Positions 35,534 through 49,233 of a DNA stretch of 64,000 bases are shown piece by piece. Origin of the DNA: Selaginella moellendorffii (lineage: Eukaryota; Plantae; Lycopodiophyta); the NCBI RefSeq assembly GCF_000143415.4, contig NW_003314261.1:4084880-4148879 (forward strand). The letters are read 5' to 3'. Every line of letters begins with the position of its first letter. Position 1 is the first letter of the stretch. A model generated the notes under the pieces. It had not been told where the DNA came from. It was given only the letters and a program-made list of their open reading frames with translations, and did no database searches. The position numbers and the translations under genes were made by a program.

Positions 35534-37285
35534 AATCTTGATGTTCATTCTGGCCTCAATAGCTCATCTCTTTAGCTAATCTAACTAGATAGACCAGGTT
35601 AGAGTTTGTTAAACTATTGGACCCTTTACAAAAACTAATACTATTTGCAAGCTTATTATAAGTTGTGATGATTGTTCATTTCTTCATGCTCTTGCATCAT
35701 GTTCCAAAAGTTAGTGGTGATTTCCTGGTTGTCTATACTTTTGATTGGCTTCCATAAATCCAGAGTGACACATGTCATGGTTTGGCTCCTAGACAAACAT
35801 GTTAGGTTAAGGTAAATTTGGGACATATAAGTATCACCCCAATTGGAAAATGAAAAATTGAACACTTTAAACCATACAACACAACTATGGGTATGCAAGA
35901 CACAATTGCAATTTGAGACTTGTGGACTTTCTCAACTTTCTATTTTATTCATTTCTAGCATCTGATGTCAATGCAACCAATCTGAGTTTGATCTTCAATC
36001 TGCCATTCAAGATGATCTTCAACATGGCAATACACAACACCGTGTTCAAGATGATCCTAGGCAATGCCTAGCATGCTGGCATAACATAAAGCTAGAGAGA
36101 CATATCCTATGTGGCCAGCCCATCAAGACACCTTCTCCCAGCATTCCAACTATTGACACTTACATGGAGTGACTGACACAAAGTTTCTTGTTCCTGATTG
36201 TCACATTGAAACAACAAGAAAAAGGAAAATTTCAATGTTTGACTTACTTTCTTGGTCTAAATCTTCGAAGTTCTGGATTAATTCTAATGCTGGTCAATTC
36301 CAGAAGTAGAAGCATTGGGTGGTGATGCAGTAGCCATAGAAGTGTCGAGCACAGGATATGTGGCACCATACTCACCCTGGACAATGCTAAGAGCATATGT
36401 TATTTGGGAATAGATCTAGGGCAGTAGGCTGATTTCTCCTGTCCTATGAGTGCAATGTGATTGTCTCAAATTCCTGGACCAATGAGTGTCTTCTCTAATA
36501 CAACTGATGATACATGTCATGATTTGGCTTTCACCCACAACACCCAATGAACTTCTCTTCCAGCCAGCCTGGCCATCGAAACATCCACATGATTTTTCCA
36601 ACAACCATAGATACCAAAACTCTCCTTGGCTTGAGATTGGACGGCTGTGAACCTCTAGCCCTTATCGCTTTATTCTTACAGATTTTGTCATCTTCTCTAG
36701 ATGATAGCTTTTATGGGAGTTTTTAATAATTCTAAAGCTCTTAAATTAAAATAATTATCAATATAAGATAAAATTTCCATGTGTGAATATATTTTTATAA
36801 AACTTATGTTAGTATTTAGAATATATATCTTTACTTTTTATTATATTTTAAATAAATTATTGTTGAAAATTTAGTTTTAATGTTTTAAAAGAGTACCTTA
36901 TGTTTCATAGAAGTAAATATCACAAGCATATTTTCAATACTTTATTTTTATAAATATATATTCTTAAAGATCTTTAAAATATATGCTAAGGGTAAATGCA
37001 TGTACAGTTTGGTATAAAAATATGGTACAATATAATTAAAAATCAAAATTTATTATGGAAATAAATTATTTTATGACAAAAATTAAAATTCTACAATTAT
37101 TTTTTATTTTATGAATAATGATGATCCTCATATAATTTATTTATTTTTAAAAAATTTTATCATATAAAGAGTTATAAGGTAGATTATTGTCATTCAACTA
37201 CTTTTATTTGTCATTTATTTGTACCACTGAATCATACATTTTCACTAAATAGAAAAAATATAGTTTTATATATATTAAAACATTA

Positions 37286-38209
37286 TTAACAAAATGTCTT
37301 TGAGTCCCATACAGGTTTTACTAATGGCTTGATACTTAATGTTTTTTGGTATATAAAATATAAAACTAAGTTACAATCATTTTGCATTACCAATTTGGCA
37401 TTTTCATAGCAATTTTGAAAATTACATAAAGTATTAGATTTCCAAACAACATTATTATTAGAAGAATATAAAATTAAATTTCCATTTTCAAGTAACCTTA
37501 AAACACATCTAATACCTTTATTAGATGTTTTTGTAGACCATAAGTTTGTATTTTGTGCATATATAATTAAGTTGCAACTAGTATCCAAATATAAATGTGC
37601 TTTTCTGTTTAATGATATTAAAAATTGTGATGTCAATAAATACTGATGTGGCATATTATTGTAACCACTTATTAAGGTGTAAGTAAAAATATCACATCCA
37701 ACACTTTTTGTTGAAGTGATGGTTTTTTGTTTATAATAGCTGGATATAATCTTTATAAAATGTAACACTTGTACAAAATTATGTGGATGATAGTTTCTAA
37801 CAAAATAGTAAATAATAAAATGTTCAGTTTTTATAATAAAAAATGATGCAGCATATTCCATCATTTCATTAATAGAAACTCTTAAGATTTGAGATAAAGA
37901 GTTTCTTATAATAGACCCTGGATTTTCATGACCTTCATTATTTATATAACAAATTTGTTGAACTGTGTCTAAAACAAAAAAACCAAATCCAACATAAGTA
38001 TTTGGATTTGAAACTAAGACATGTCCATGTGCACTTTGTCCTAGAGGAATCATACCATCTGGTATATTGCTAATTCTTGTTGTAATATCAGTTAAAATAG
38101 TAACTACTGCTTGTGCACTTAGAGCATTAATAATACCAATTTCATATTGAATATCAATACCTTCCAAAAAGCCGATCAATAAAATTAATATAGTAAAAAT
38201 AAATTTCAT
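37286..38209 (-). CDS. Secreted 307-aa protein: signal peptide + unknown N-terminal domain + bulb-type (GNA/B-lectin) domain
   Basis: MKFIFTILILLIGFLEG signal; three lectin subdomains LDTSCNLIIY, LLENGNLILY, MQNDCNLVLY with W-S/K-S/T motifs; intact intronless ORF. Confidence 0.85.
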   Translation of the reverse strand: MKFIFTILILLIGFLEGIDIQYEIGIINALSAQAVVTILTDITTRISNIPDGMIPLGQSAHGHVLVSNPNTYVGFGFFVLDTVQQICYINNEGHENPGSIIRNSLSQILRVSINEMMEYAASFFIIKTEHFIIYYFVRNYHPHNFVQVLHFIKIISSYYKQKTITSTKSVGCDIFTYTLISGYNNMPHQYLLTSQFLISLNRKAHLYLDTSCNLIIYAQNTNLWSTKTSNKGIRCVLRLLENGNLILYSSNNNVVWKSNTLCNFQNCYENAKLVMQNDCNLVLYFIYQKTLSIKPLVKPVWDSKTFC

Positions 38210-40284
38210 ATTTATTTCTTTAATTTATTTTTATTATTTCAATTAATNNNNNNNNNNNNNNNNNNNNNNNNNNNNNNNNNNNNNNNNNNNNNNNNNNNNN
38301 NNNNNNNNNNNNNNNNNNNNNNNNNNNNNNNNNNNNNNNNNNNNNNNNNNNNNNNNNNNNNNNNNNNNNNNNNNNNNNNNNNNNNNNNNNNNNNNNNNNN
38401 NNNNNNNNNNNNNNNNNNNNNNNNNNNNNNNNNNNNNNNNNNNNNNNNNNNNNNNNNNNNNNNNNNNNNNNNNNNNNNNNNNNNNNNNNNNNNNNNNNNN
38501 NNNNNNNNNNNNNNNNNNNNNNACTAGATACTATCTAACAGTATTTTGCATACAGCAGCTAGATATGGGGAGTTAATGCTCATAGCGGTTTATTAAACTT
38601 TCATTTTACAATGCAATGGGTTTAGAGTTTAACTCTAAATTCAAATGCACTACATATTCCCTTCCAATTTCAAATAACTTATTGAATATCTAAACATGTC
38701 AAGCCTATTTAAAGAACATGAATACAGTAATAAGTTTTTCTTGACTCTTCTTTAGGTTGAGATTAAAGATAGGGATAGTGATGAATCACATGTGATTTGG
38801 TGCTTTAATTGTATATTATAATCATTTTCTAATTTTGAGGATCTTGTTGGTTTGTAACAATTATTTATGGTCAAGTAGATTTAGTAGTGTAGTGGCATTC
38901 ATATTTTGGATGCACATAAAGATTTTAGAAACCAAGACCATGGGTTATCTTGCAACTTACCTTGGAATTTTATAACCAACATTATACAAATATATATGAG
39001 TGGTTGATCTAAGTGTACAATAGGATATCTACACAAGAGTTACTTTACTATATATAGACTAACATTCCTATGAATAGTGTTGGCATAAACTTGGGCATTA
39101 TCAAATCTTGCTCTTCTTGTAAATCATGCATCTATGAATTCAGTAATAGATTTACACCAATGAAACACCTTAAGAACTAGGCCATGAGTATTTTGCAAAT
39201 GTTTTATACCAATCTTCAATATTTATGTTTTGTGGTTTTGCAATATATTACAAACTTATAACATATGGTTTTTATATTCACACCATAATTTATCATGTGA
39301 CTCATTTCATTATTACTTGTGAGATATTTACTACAAAAGTTTCCCATGCCATTTTCAACATTTATATACAAGTTGTTTTCTGATTTGGGTAGCCAAAATG
39401 AATAAAGGACAACAACACTCTAGAACACAATATCGTAAAGAATAATATGAAGTATTGTTAGGGTGTTGTGTCAAGAAACTTTATATATAGAACATTAACA
39501 TGTAATCAAGTATTAAGCTCATGTTTATCTATTATTTTCTAATATGACCTTTTATCTCTAGCACAACAAGCATTTATGGTGTAAATTGTATGAGTTGGTT
39601 TGTTTTTACAAGCATCTCCTTGAGATATGAAATCTACATAAGGTCTATCCTTATAGATGTGGAGCTTGTAAATTTAGATGTGGATATAGATTATTTCAAG
39701 CCATCCCATATATGTACAAACATATTTTAACCATTGGAGCAAGACCTCAAATAAGGATAAGCTGTTTTGTCATTAAAGTTTGCCAACTCTATTAAGGAAG
39801 GATATTGAGAATATACCTGGTATAATGATCTTTAGAGTTGACAAAGCTACTCTTAGACAAGTAAATTGTTACTTATATATCCTTGGCAACACAAATGTTC
39901 TTTTATTATATGAATTAACAATAGTAAAAGACATGTGTAAACAACTAAATTTTCTATTCTATTTCAATCACTTAACTACACATTTAACTATTTGAAGGAG
40001 TATCATTCACAACCTCCATAACTCCTTATCCCAACTTAGAATACTTACCATAACCCCAAAGGTGGCCTTCAAGCCATATTGCCTTTGCACTTAGTCCAAG
40101 TGCTCCACATGTTTAAATCTCACATTAGATACCCAAAAATACTAATAACATATTTGCCCATTACGCTAAGGATATGTCTATTTTTGTTATTTTTATGGTA
40201 GTCCAAGACCACCTATGCCACGGTTCTATCTCTCCAAAACTAGACCATTTGTCTATAAGTGATCATCTCATAATTACACTTTAG

Positions 40285-40420
40285 TGTAAACAATTAAAAG
40301 GAACGACTTAAAAGATAATTTATAAAGGTTTAAATATAAAGAGAAAAAGCTCATGAACAACAATGCACCTTTTTTTACCATGGTCTAACATAAGGGGTTT
40401 GAATGAACTATATAAGGTAT
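40285..40420 (+). mobile_element. Decayed copy of the Cassandra-like LTR
   Basis: tgtaaacaattaaaaggaacgactta...tttaaatataaagagaaaaagctcatgaacaacaatgcacc matches 25867-25960. Confidence 0.7.
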
Positions 40421-41100
40421 TCAAGTAAGTAATGTCACCCATATTTGTATTAGAAACATTGACTATTCGATCTCTTAAGAAAGCTAGAACTAACTCTTGA
40501 ACACTTCACCAAATCATTTGACTTACCCATTTATGTTCATTTTAGCCTTGGACTCCCTAGTGTAGTTCCACTGAAGTTTTCCCTCTATTATTTTGCATGG
40601 ACTTACTAAATCCGGGAGATGATTATTTTGGGCTTTCACCCTTAAACTTGGACTTGGATTTGAACTTGAACTCAAAATCAAACTTGGTTTTAGCCTCGGT
40701 CTTGGTTTTAGACTTAGACCCAATCTAAATCTTCATTTGAGACTTGATCTCAAATTTGATCTCAAACTCAATCTTGGACTTGGTTTTAAACTCGATCTTA
40801 AACTTAGAGATTTTATGTCTGGAATAAAATTGTTGATATCAGTGTTCATGCTATGCCACGTCTCAAATTCGGTCTCGACACTTCCAAGTGTCATGATACT
40901 TACCATGTGTTGGTCCTTTTGGTGTCTTTTTTTCTAGAAACTCACTTATCGATCACTTTGCGTTCATTCTTCAAGCACTTTTTTGGGAGTTTCACTCTTG
41001 CTTTTGACTTTTTTGAGTTACAGCTTTTGGTTCAAGTGTGTTACACTTATTAAGATTCCACTTCAATCACTACCACATAATATACTTTCAACTCTACTTT
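40410..41100 (-). mobile_element. Decayed inverted copy of the 3' region of the gypsy remnant at 48500-49670
   Basis: rc matches tgaagtgttcaagag, aaggctagagtgaat, the 12-bp array and acacatggcaagtgtcatgaca. Confidence 0.75.
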
Positions 41101-41539
41101 TGTAGTGTATATGATCATGGGATGAGATTGAATATACTATCACTATAGATCCTTTGGAACCTTGGGAGATATATGGGAATAAAATAGTTGCTAAAGGCTT
41201 TCTTATTAAGTAATTGCCTTTTTCCAGTTGGCTTAAAAGGAAAGAAATAAAGTGTATTATATGTGGTATTGAAGCAAATGGTATGTTTTGATTCTTATTA
41301 ATTAATGGCTATTTAAAATATAATATACCCTTAAGTAAAATATATTCCTACCCCTAAAATTGAAATTGTATGTATTAAGCATTCATGAGTATGTATAATA
41401 CAATATAATGGGGTATTGTAGAAATTGAGTGTAGTGCATGTGATCATGGTCAATGAGGACATTAACATCTCTAAATTGGAACCTTACAACATAGCATTTT
41501 TAATACAAAAACATGGTTACAATCTCAATAAATAGCATT

Positions 41540-41662
41540 TACTCCATTTAGATCTCTTAATTGAATGAATGGTTAGAATCTCTAGCATGAATATATATAT
41601 TTATAGGTCAAGCCTCTAGACTTCAGCCATTATACATTCAATTAAGAGATCTAAATGGAGTA
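41540..41662. repeat. Fold-back with perfect 28-bp arms (Stowaway-like MITE or small-RNA hairpin)
   Basis: tactccatttagatctcttaattgaatg (41540-41567) is the exact rc of 41635-41662; ends TA-CTCC...GGAG-TA. Confidence 0.85.
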
Positions 41663-42269
41663 GATAAGCATCACATGCATGTGAAGTCAAGTAATTAGCT
41701 TAAAGCATGAAAAGTATCAACAAGGAGGCATCATGTTGTGATGGAAGTCATCATTATTAACTACCACTTCAGAGCTTTGCAAAAATTAAGTTAATTTAAA
41801 CAAGTGTTCCCAATTTCTTGAATTTTTTTCTAAGTAGAGATTAGGGTTTATTACCTATTCAATTAATGCTTGATGATTCTTGGATTTCATCCAATACACC
41901 ATCCAAGAATTAATACAAATCATGGTGCAAAGATTGTTTCTTCCTTGTAAAGCTCTTCCCTTCAATCAATCACACAGAGTCAATCATCTCATCTATTGCT
42001 ATGGTAAGTATTAATTTCCTCATCAAGCTCTTGTTTTTCTCTTCTTTTCCAGACAAGAGTGCAGAATATAGGTTGGATGTAGAGTAATGGGCAAAGAGGG
42101 AAACAGCCCCTTGCTCTTGCTACTACACCAACTGCAACAACCTGTCTTGCAACCCAATTGAACCTGTTACATGTAGTTCTTCCCATGGCTTACAAGTAAA
42201 TGGAGCTTTGTGTTATGCTGCACATGAGGAAGCTTGCGCTTTCATTAAAAGTGCCCACACCACCCCAAC

Positions 42270-45200
42270 ATAAGATACACTCATCTGCTTAAGCTAGAGC
42301 TTCATCTGCTCATACTAAAGCCAAAGCATATCCTCCTCCACATTGTATCAGTGTTCAAGACTCCATAGAGAGTCTCTGCACTGTATGTCAAACATTTTTG
42401 TCAAAAAAGGACCCTCAGATCCTATGAGTGCATCTGNNNNNNNNNNNNNNNNNNNNNNNNNNNNNNNNNNNNNNNNNNNNNNNNNNNNNNNNNNNNNNNN
42501 NNNNNNNNNNNNNNNNNNNNNNNNNNNNNNNNNNNNGTGGTCGCAGGTCTCCATTTTGGCCTATTGGCCAAACCTTAGGTCCATTAGTTTTTTTTTCTTC
42601 TCTATCATTCTAACCATAGTCATTCGTTCTCTAGAGCCTCACACTAATGGTTGCTATTGTACACAATTTTATTGACAACAACTAGCAAAATTTATGCTCT
42701 TGACACAGATGTCTTAAATGTCAGTTGTTGCAATGACTGCAGTAGTACCAAATGTCACAAGATGTTATCAAGTCCATAGTGTAAGAAGCCAAGTTTTTTC
42801 CTAATCTAGTCTCTTGTTCATTGATGATGCTCTCTTGTTGTCCTCTGTCTCAGGAGACATTGCTCTGGAATGGTTCCATTACTGGATTAGGTCATAGAAA
42901 ACCTGGCCAGTATCTCTTCTATATACTTAGCTTGGTGAAGATAGATAGTGTGTTGAGAGTGATCATGCACAAGTTCCATGCCAAGAGTTCCAAGAAAGTA
43001 GGAAGTCAAGCCAAGAGTTTTAATCTCGAATTGGCTGCAAAGGTCTTGCTTAACCTGGAGAAACAGTAAGTGATGACAAGAGTGTCATCAACATAAAGAG
43101 CAATGATCATGAATGATTCACTGTCCACCCGAATGTAAAGATTCGGGTCTGCCTCACTATGGAAAAATACCATACTTAGTATAAAATTGTGTGTCCCAAG
43201 ATCTGGATGCTTGTTTCAAGCCATAGACAGCTTTCTTGAGAAGCCAGAGATGATCCTCTTTTCCAGCGGCTAGAAATCCTTCTGGCTGTGCCATATAGAT
43301 TTCTTCGTCAAGCTCACCGTAAAGAAATGCCGTGGTTACATCCATATGTTCCAGATCAAAGTCTCCCACAGACGCAAAATTAATCAAGCAGCGAAGAGTA
43401 GACCACTGCTTAAGTTAACAGCCTCGATCATAAAGCCTATCGCCTCTGGAATCCAATCACGATGCAAGGTTTTCAACGAGAATTCATTGTTTCAAGGTTC
43501 TTCAAGACCTACCTTGACCGACTTTGAAACGGAATAAGACCAGCTGACTGTCAGCACAATCACTGTGCCGCTCCAAACAATCCTTGCGCATCAACCCATG
43601 CCCACTTCTTCTCCAAGACAAGACCACCACTGCCGCTGCGTCCTCCAAATCCTCCACACAGATCGACTCGCACAAGGTGGCCTCCTGAGCGTCTCATCGA
43701 GATGATGGTTTCTTCCCATGCGGCTGGGACTCCTCAGAAGCCATGGCCTCAAAGGAAGCTTCTCACTGACGTGCAGCAATGGAAGCCAAGAATCACAACA
43801 AAAGAACAAGACACACGTTCATGTTCCTACTCTGCCTTCCAATCACCAGGTTATCAAGAGCATGAGGGTGTATGCTCTGAAGCTTCGGTTCGATATAAAG
43901 CGTGATTAGTGGAAAAAGGATGCTCGCAAGTTCCTGAACTTGACTACAACGACACCTTCGCTTCGTGATTGGATTCCAGAGGCGATATGCTTTATGATCG
44001 AGGCTGTAGCCCATAAACACAGCTTGCTGGCTCTTGGGGGCCAATGCCTTGCCACTCCATGCTTCTGCAGGAGTCATGCCAGTGAGGGCAGAGGTGGGGA
44101 GCTGATTCTGAAGGTAGTTCGCCATCAAGACAGCATAAAACCAGTAGCTTCGTGGCAACGCACTAGAAAGTAGCATTGCTCAAGCACTCTCCACTAGCGT
44201 GCGATTCTTAGACCGTTTTGTTGTGGAGTGTCTCACATTGTGAGTTCTCGCACAATCCCACCTTGCTCACACAGCTGCTTGAAAGCATTGGAAGTGAATT
44301 CACCTCCACCCAGTTTGTGTTTCTCTCATGTCTGGAAGTAATGTAATGATTGGGACGAATGTAGTCATCAATGGAACTGATAAAGTATTGGATACTGGTA
44401 GCCATCGGGCCACGCAGTGTACAAGTTCCATGAGCTGTATAGCTCGAGATGCTCTAGCCTTGGGGAAAGGTTGGCTAGTAGATTTTCCTAGCTGACAGCC
44501 CCGGCAAAATGGAAGAATGGCTCTTATGTCCAGATCTAGGCCTTCAACAATCTGCTCTCGAGCTAGCTGCTTGATTCTATCAGCACTAGGATGCCCCGGG
44601 CGTGCGTGCCAAAGCTCTAGCGATTGACTTTTGGGCATGTAGGTCTAGCGAGATCCGGCAGCATGGTAAGGCGGTAGAGATCACCCCGTCCAGGCTGGGC
44701 TGCGAGGATGGCTCCTGTGGTCGAGATCAGCTGGAATTGCCGAATTGTCCCACGTTAGCACTTAAACTAGGAATATAACGACTATTCCTTGTGGTAAAGT
44801 GAACTTGATGGTTCCAATTCCTCTCACTACAAGCTGTTGGGCATTGCCAACGATGACATACTAGGAACATATATTTCAAAGTACTATGGTATGCAGCAGC
44901 AGAATCTAGGTAGAAGACAGTGCGACGACAGCCATAGCTCGTGATCAGGTGAAGGCGTGTACCACCTTTTTCTTTGCATTGTTCCTTGCAGACTTGAGGG
45001 AGGGATTTTTCACCCAACATTGTGCTTTGTCATTTCCTTTCTTATTGCAATGAGATTCTTGGATGAAGAAGCACCTTGTTTCCCTTTGTTCACTGATTCT
45101 TTTCTGAGAGGAAGTGTAGAATGCAACGGCCTTTGATCCTGATGTTGGAGGCTACTGATCATGCCATTCAGGTTTAGAGGAGTTCCAGTGGTAGGAGGCT

Positions 45201-45620
45201 ACATATGAGAGGATCAAAGGATGGAGGAAGTGTGATGAGCACCAGCTCTGCTTCTTCTTCATCCTCTATGTTTGCTCCCATGTCCTTAAGATCATCCAGG
45301 ATTGTTCTCACAGCAGCAAGATGATCCTTGAGGTCGTCCCTTCGGCCATCATCAGTGTATGAAGATGCTTGAGTAGAAAGATTTGATGGGATGTTGAAGG
45401 GTAAGTCTCCTACATTTCCTTTGCACTCTTACATTGTCTAATGCAATGGAATTATTGCCCCTCAAGCGCTGCATGAAATTTGCCCAAAGCTCTCTGATCC
45501 TTGTGATACTTGGCAGTTTCATCCACTATGGCAGTGGTTGGAAGAGTCTCAGTTCCTGTGATGATGTTCCAAAGACTTTGTTTGTCCATATAGAATTCAA
45601 ATTTTGACTTCCAGAAGAGG
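42270..45620 (-). mobile_element. Decayed Ty1/copia retrotransposon
   Basis: Order gag (FWKSKIEF..LWNII), PR (FYLDSAA), GAG-pre-integrase (LWHARPGH..FCRGCQLGK), integrase, RT (HMDVTTAFLYGELDEEIYMAQPEGF, LKKAVYGLKQASRSW). Confidence 0.92.
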
Positions 45621-48600
45621 GTAATACATGTATATCCATCTTCCCTTTTAAAAGATGAAAAATGAATATTTGGCTTCTATTGAATTATTATAGACTGACA
45701 CAAAAAAACACATGTGTGCATAAATTGTTGTAACACATATTTGTGATTCATAAAATGATATTTTAAGCATAATTTTTTATTACATATGGACATGCATTGG
45801 TGCCCACCTTGTATGCATTGCAAAGTTCAAGTCAACACCATTTATATAAGTTTTTGCACTATATAAATTTTATTTCCATGTTAAATTTTTGGTTTGCTTA
45901 AGCAAACCTATAAGAGATGGTAGTGAATATACCTAGAATATGCTTGGATATTCTGGGATATTCTACCATCTAACGGTTGGTATTCATTTAGATTAATCTG
46001 GTATTTATAATTTATAAACATGTTTATAATTTATAAACTTTCCTAAACCCTTTCTAGTATATTCTTTTTTATTCTATTATCTAATGGTTGATATGCAATA
46101 AGATTAATCTTGTGTTTATAAATTACCAACATGCTTATAATTATAAACTTTATTTGATCAATTAGATTAATAAGTAATAATAAAACTACCATTAAGCAAA
46201 CCAAGCGTTGCTACATGCAATGCATAGCAATTTATTTGACATATCAACAAGGTTTGGATTTAGGGCTTCTAGGTGTGAGAATTTTTAATATAGAAGCTGG
46301 ATTTTGATTGCATTTTGGATGCCACAAACTAATTTTGCTATTGGTCTCCTTGATGAGGGTAATGAAAATTGCTTTGCATAATAAGCTCAAATGCAATAAA
46401 TTATTGCAATGCTAAAAACTTTAGCATGTGATTAAAAATGCAAGAATTTGATAAAGCTAATGTGGCTATAATAAAATCCAATTGCTCACTAAAAATCCAC
46501 TACACTCAATACTCAAAGCACTCAAAAAAATGTTTTACCTATGTGATCTAATTGATTGTGCTTGTCATTGCGCTCTAATCAATTACACTTGCCATTTGAC
46601 TCTAATCGATTGCGATTAAGGCATTTAGTAGGTGTTAGACCAATTTTGAAATACTATGCTAAAGGAATTATCAATGGGGTTATCCCCTACCTATCCGATA
46701 AAACATAAGATCAAGTTAGTCAAGGTGCTGAAGTAGTGGTTCGTCCCCTTTATCAGCTAAATAAAAAAGAGCTCAAAGAACTCAAATGCCAATTCAAGGA
46801 GTTGGTTTATTAGGTTGAGCAACTCCTTATAAAGGGCTTTAGTGTTATTTGTGAAAAAGAAAGATAGATCTATATATATATATATAGATTACTGGTTGCT
46901 CAACAAATATATAAAGAAAGATAAATACCTTTTGTTAAGGATTGAGAATTTGTTTGATAGGTTGGGAAATGCAAGATACCTTTTGCAAATTGACCTAAAG
47001 TTAAGATACTACCAAATCAGGGTAGCAAAGGAAAATGTCAAGAAGACAACTTGTTAAACAAGGTATAAAAGCTTTGAATTCTTGGTGATGCCCTTTGAGT
47101 TGTGCAATGTATTAATGACATTCTTAGTATTAATGAATCATATCTTTATACCCTATCTAGATCATTTTGTGGTTATCTACATTGATAACATCCTAATCTA
47201 AAGTGAGATACCAAAGGAATATGCTGAACACTTAACAAAGGTGTTTAAAAAACTAAGGGAACACAAATTGTATGCTTGTTTAACAAAGTTACTAATAAAA
47301 TTTCTCAAGCATATAGTGGACAAAAATAGGCTTAAGGTGGACTTTGAGAAAGTCCAAACAATCCAAAAATGGGAATGATCATTGAGCATATATGAGTTAA
47401 GGGCATTTTCGGGGTCATGCAACTACTATCAAAAATTCATTAAACATTATACTAGAATTGCTCTACACTTAATAAACCAAAGAAGAACAAAACCAAATGG
47501 GAAAAAAGCAAATGGTATAGATAACAAAATGTGAAGTAATATTCATTAAAATCAAAGGAAAGTTAAAGAAGGTTTTTATGTTAGTATTACCAAATTTTAG
47601 TAAGGACTTTGAGGTAGAAACGAATGCTTTGAACTTTGCACTGGATGCAGTCTTGAAGCAAAACAATTATCCAATGGCATTCTTCTCAAAGAAGTTAGAT
47701 AAGGCTTAGCAAAAGTGGTTTGCCCATGAAAAAGAACTGTTTGCAGTGGTTAAGGTGCTCAAGAAGTGGCAACATTACATTGGGAGACATTTCAAGGTAT
47801 ACATAGATAATGTGGCAATAAAACACTTTTTGTCACAATCTAAATTTCGAGGGAAATAGGGTCGGTGGACTAATATTTTAGCCAAGTTCAATTGTGAGAT
47901 ACATTCAACACAACAACAACCTTTTGGTATAATATGCAGATAATATATAAGAACGATGGTATAGCACAAGAAGTGTCGTTAAGGAACCAAGAAACGTGGG
48001 ATACTCACTAGAAAGACGAGCTGTCTAAAGAAAGAAAATTGGGCAATGGATTCATTTATTATAAGTAAACAAGGGTGTATATCCCATGAGGGGAACTAAA
48101 GAGAGTAACTTACCCCTCACTTAGGGAAGTTTTATAATAAAGTCCATTGTAAGATATTTCTATGGATGATCTAGGATTATAAGGCTTTACAATAAACCCC
48201 AATTATAACCTTCACCTACTGACATATCTTTACATTGTATTAAACGTCCTTAGCCATATCTATTGATGCGATATTTATGGTGGTAGATTGGTATACCCAT
48301 CACAATGGACATTGATGCAGAAGATGTGGCAAAGTTGCTCTTTAAACAAGTGGTTTGAGGATGTGGAAGGCCGAAAGAAATTATCTCAGATCAAAATAAG
48401 ATTTTCACTAGCAAGTTCTAAAGAACCCTCTTAGAGTAGTATTGCATTAAACTGAAATTTAATACAACCTTGTGAGACAGAAATCCCTAAGCCCCAAAGT
48501 GGAGTAAAAAGGGTGCCACATGGTAGTGGTCAAAACAGAAGCCCAACAAATGTAACATGTTTGGATCAAAGGCTCCGACTTGGAAAGTCGAGAGTGGGAG

Positions 48601-48719
48601 TGGAACTCTAAACAAAGGACTCGAGGAATGAGCATGAAGCAATTGGTGAATGAGTTTTTAAAAAGGGACACAAGAAGGACTAACACATGGCAAGTGTCAT
48701 GACAAATGAAAGTATCAGA

Positions 48720-49160
48720 AATGAGTTTGAAAAGGAGTCTAAGATGGAGTCTAAGAAGGAATCTGAGATGGAGTCCGAGAAAGAATCCAAGATGGAGTCC
48801 GAGATGGAGTTTGATATGGACTCGAGATGGAGTCCAATATGGACCTAAGATGGAGTCTGATATGGATTTGAGCTAGCCCGAGATGGAATTTAAGATGGAC
48901 CTGAGATGGAGTTCGAGATGGATCTAGGATGGAGTCTGAGATAGACCCGAGATGGAGTCCGAGATGGACCTGAGATGGAGTCCAAGATGGACCCGAGATA
49001 GAGTCTGAGATGGACCCAAGATGGTATCCGAGATAGACCTAAGATGGAGTCTGAGATTGAGTCTGAGATGGACTTGAGCTGGAGTTTGAGGTCGAGGCCA
49101 AGAAAGATACTAAGACCAAGATCGAGAATTGAGTCTGAGTTCAAGTTTGAGTCTATGTCC
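48720..49160 (+). repeat. 12-bp minisatellite, consensus GAGATGGAGTCC/GAGATGGACCC, roughly 30 or more units
   Basis: Directly visible tandem units. Confidence 0.92.
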
Positions 49161-49233
49161 GAGGGTGAACCAAAGCGATTGTCTCCTAGACCCTGAGGGG
49201 TTTGGGGAGCTCCAAAAGTATACTAGAGGGAAG

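Noticed and set aside
38523-40280. Possible Helitron Rep/helicase remnant
   Set aside because: Hand translation showed no HUH or PIF1 motif; too decayed to call.
45890-46215. AT-rich repeat partly shared with 32320-32420
   Set aside because: Low-complexity similarity with no defined termini.
48720-49160. CRISPR-like array
   Set aside because: Contiguous 12-bp units without unique spacers, no cas genes, eukaryotic context.
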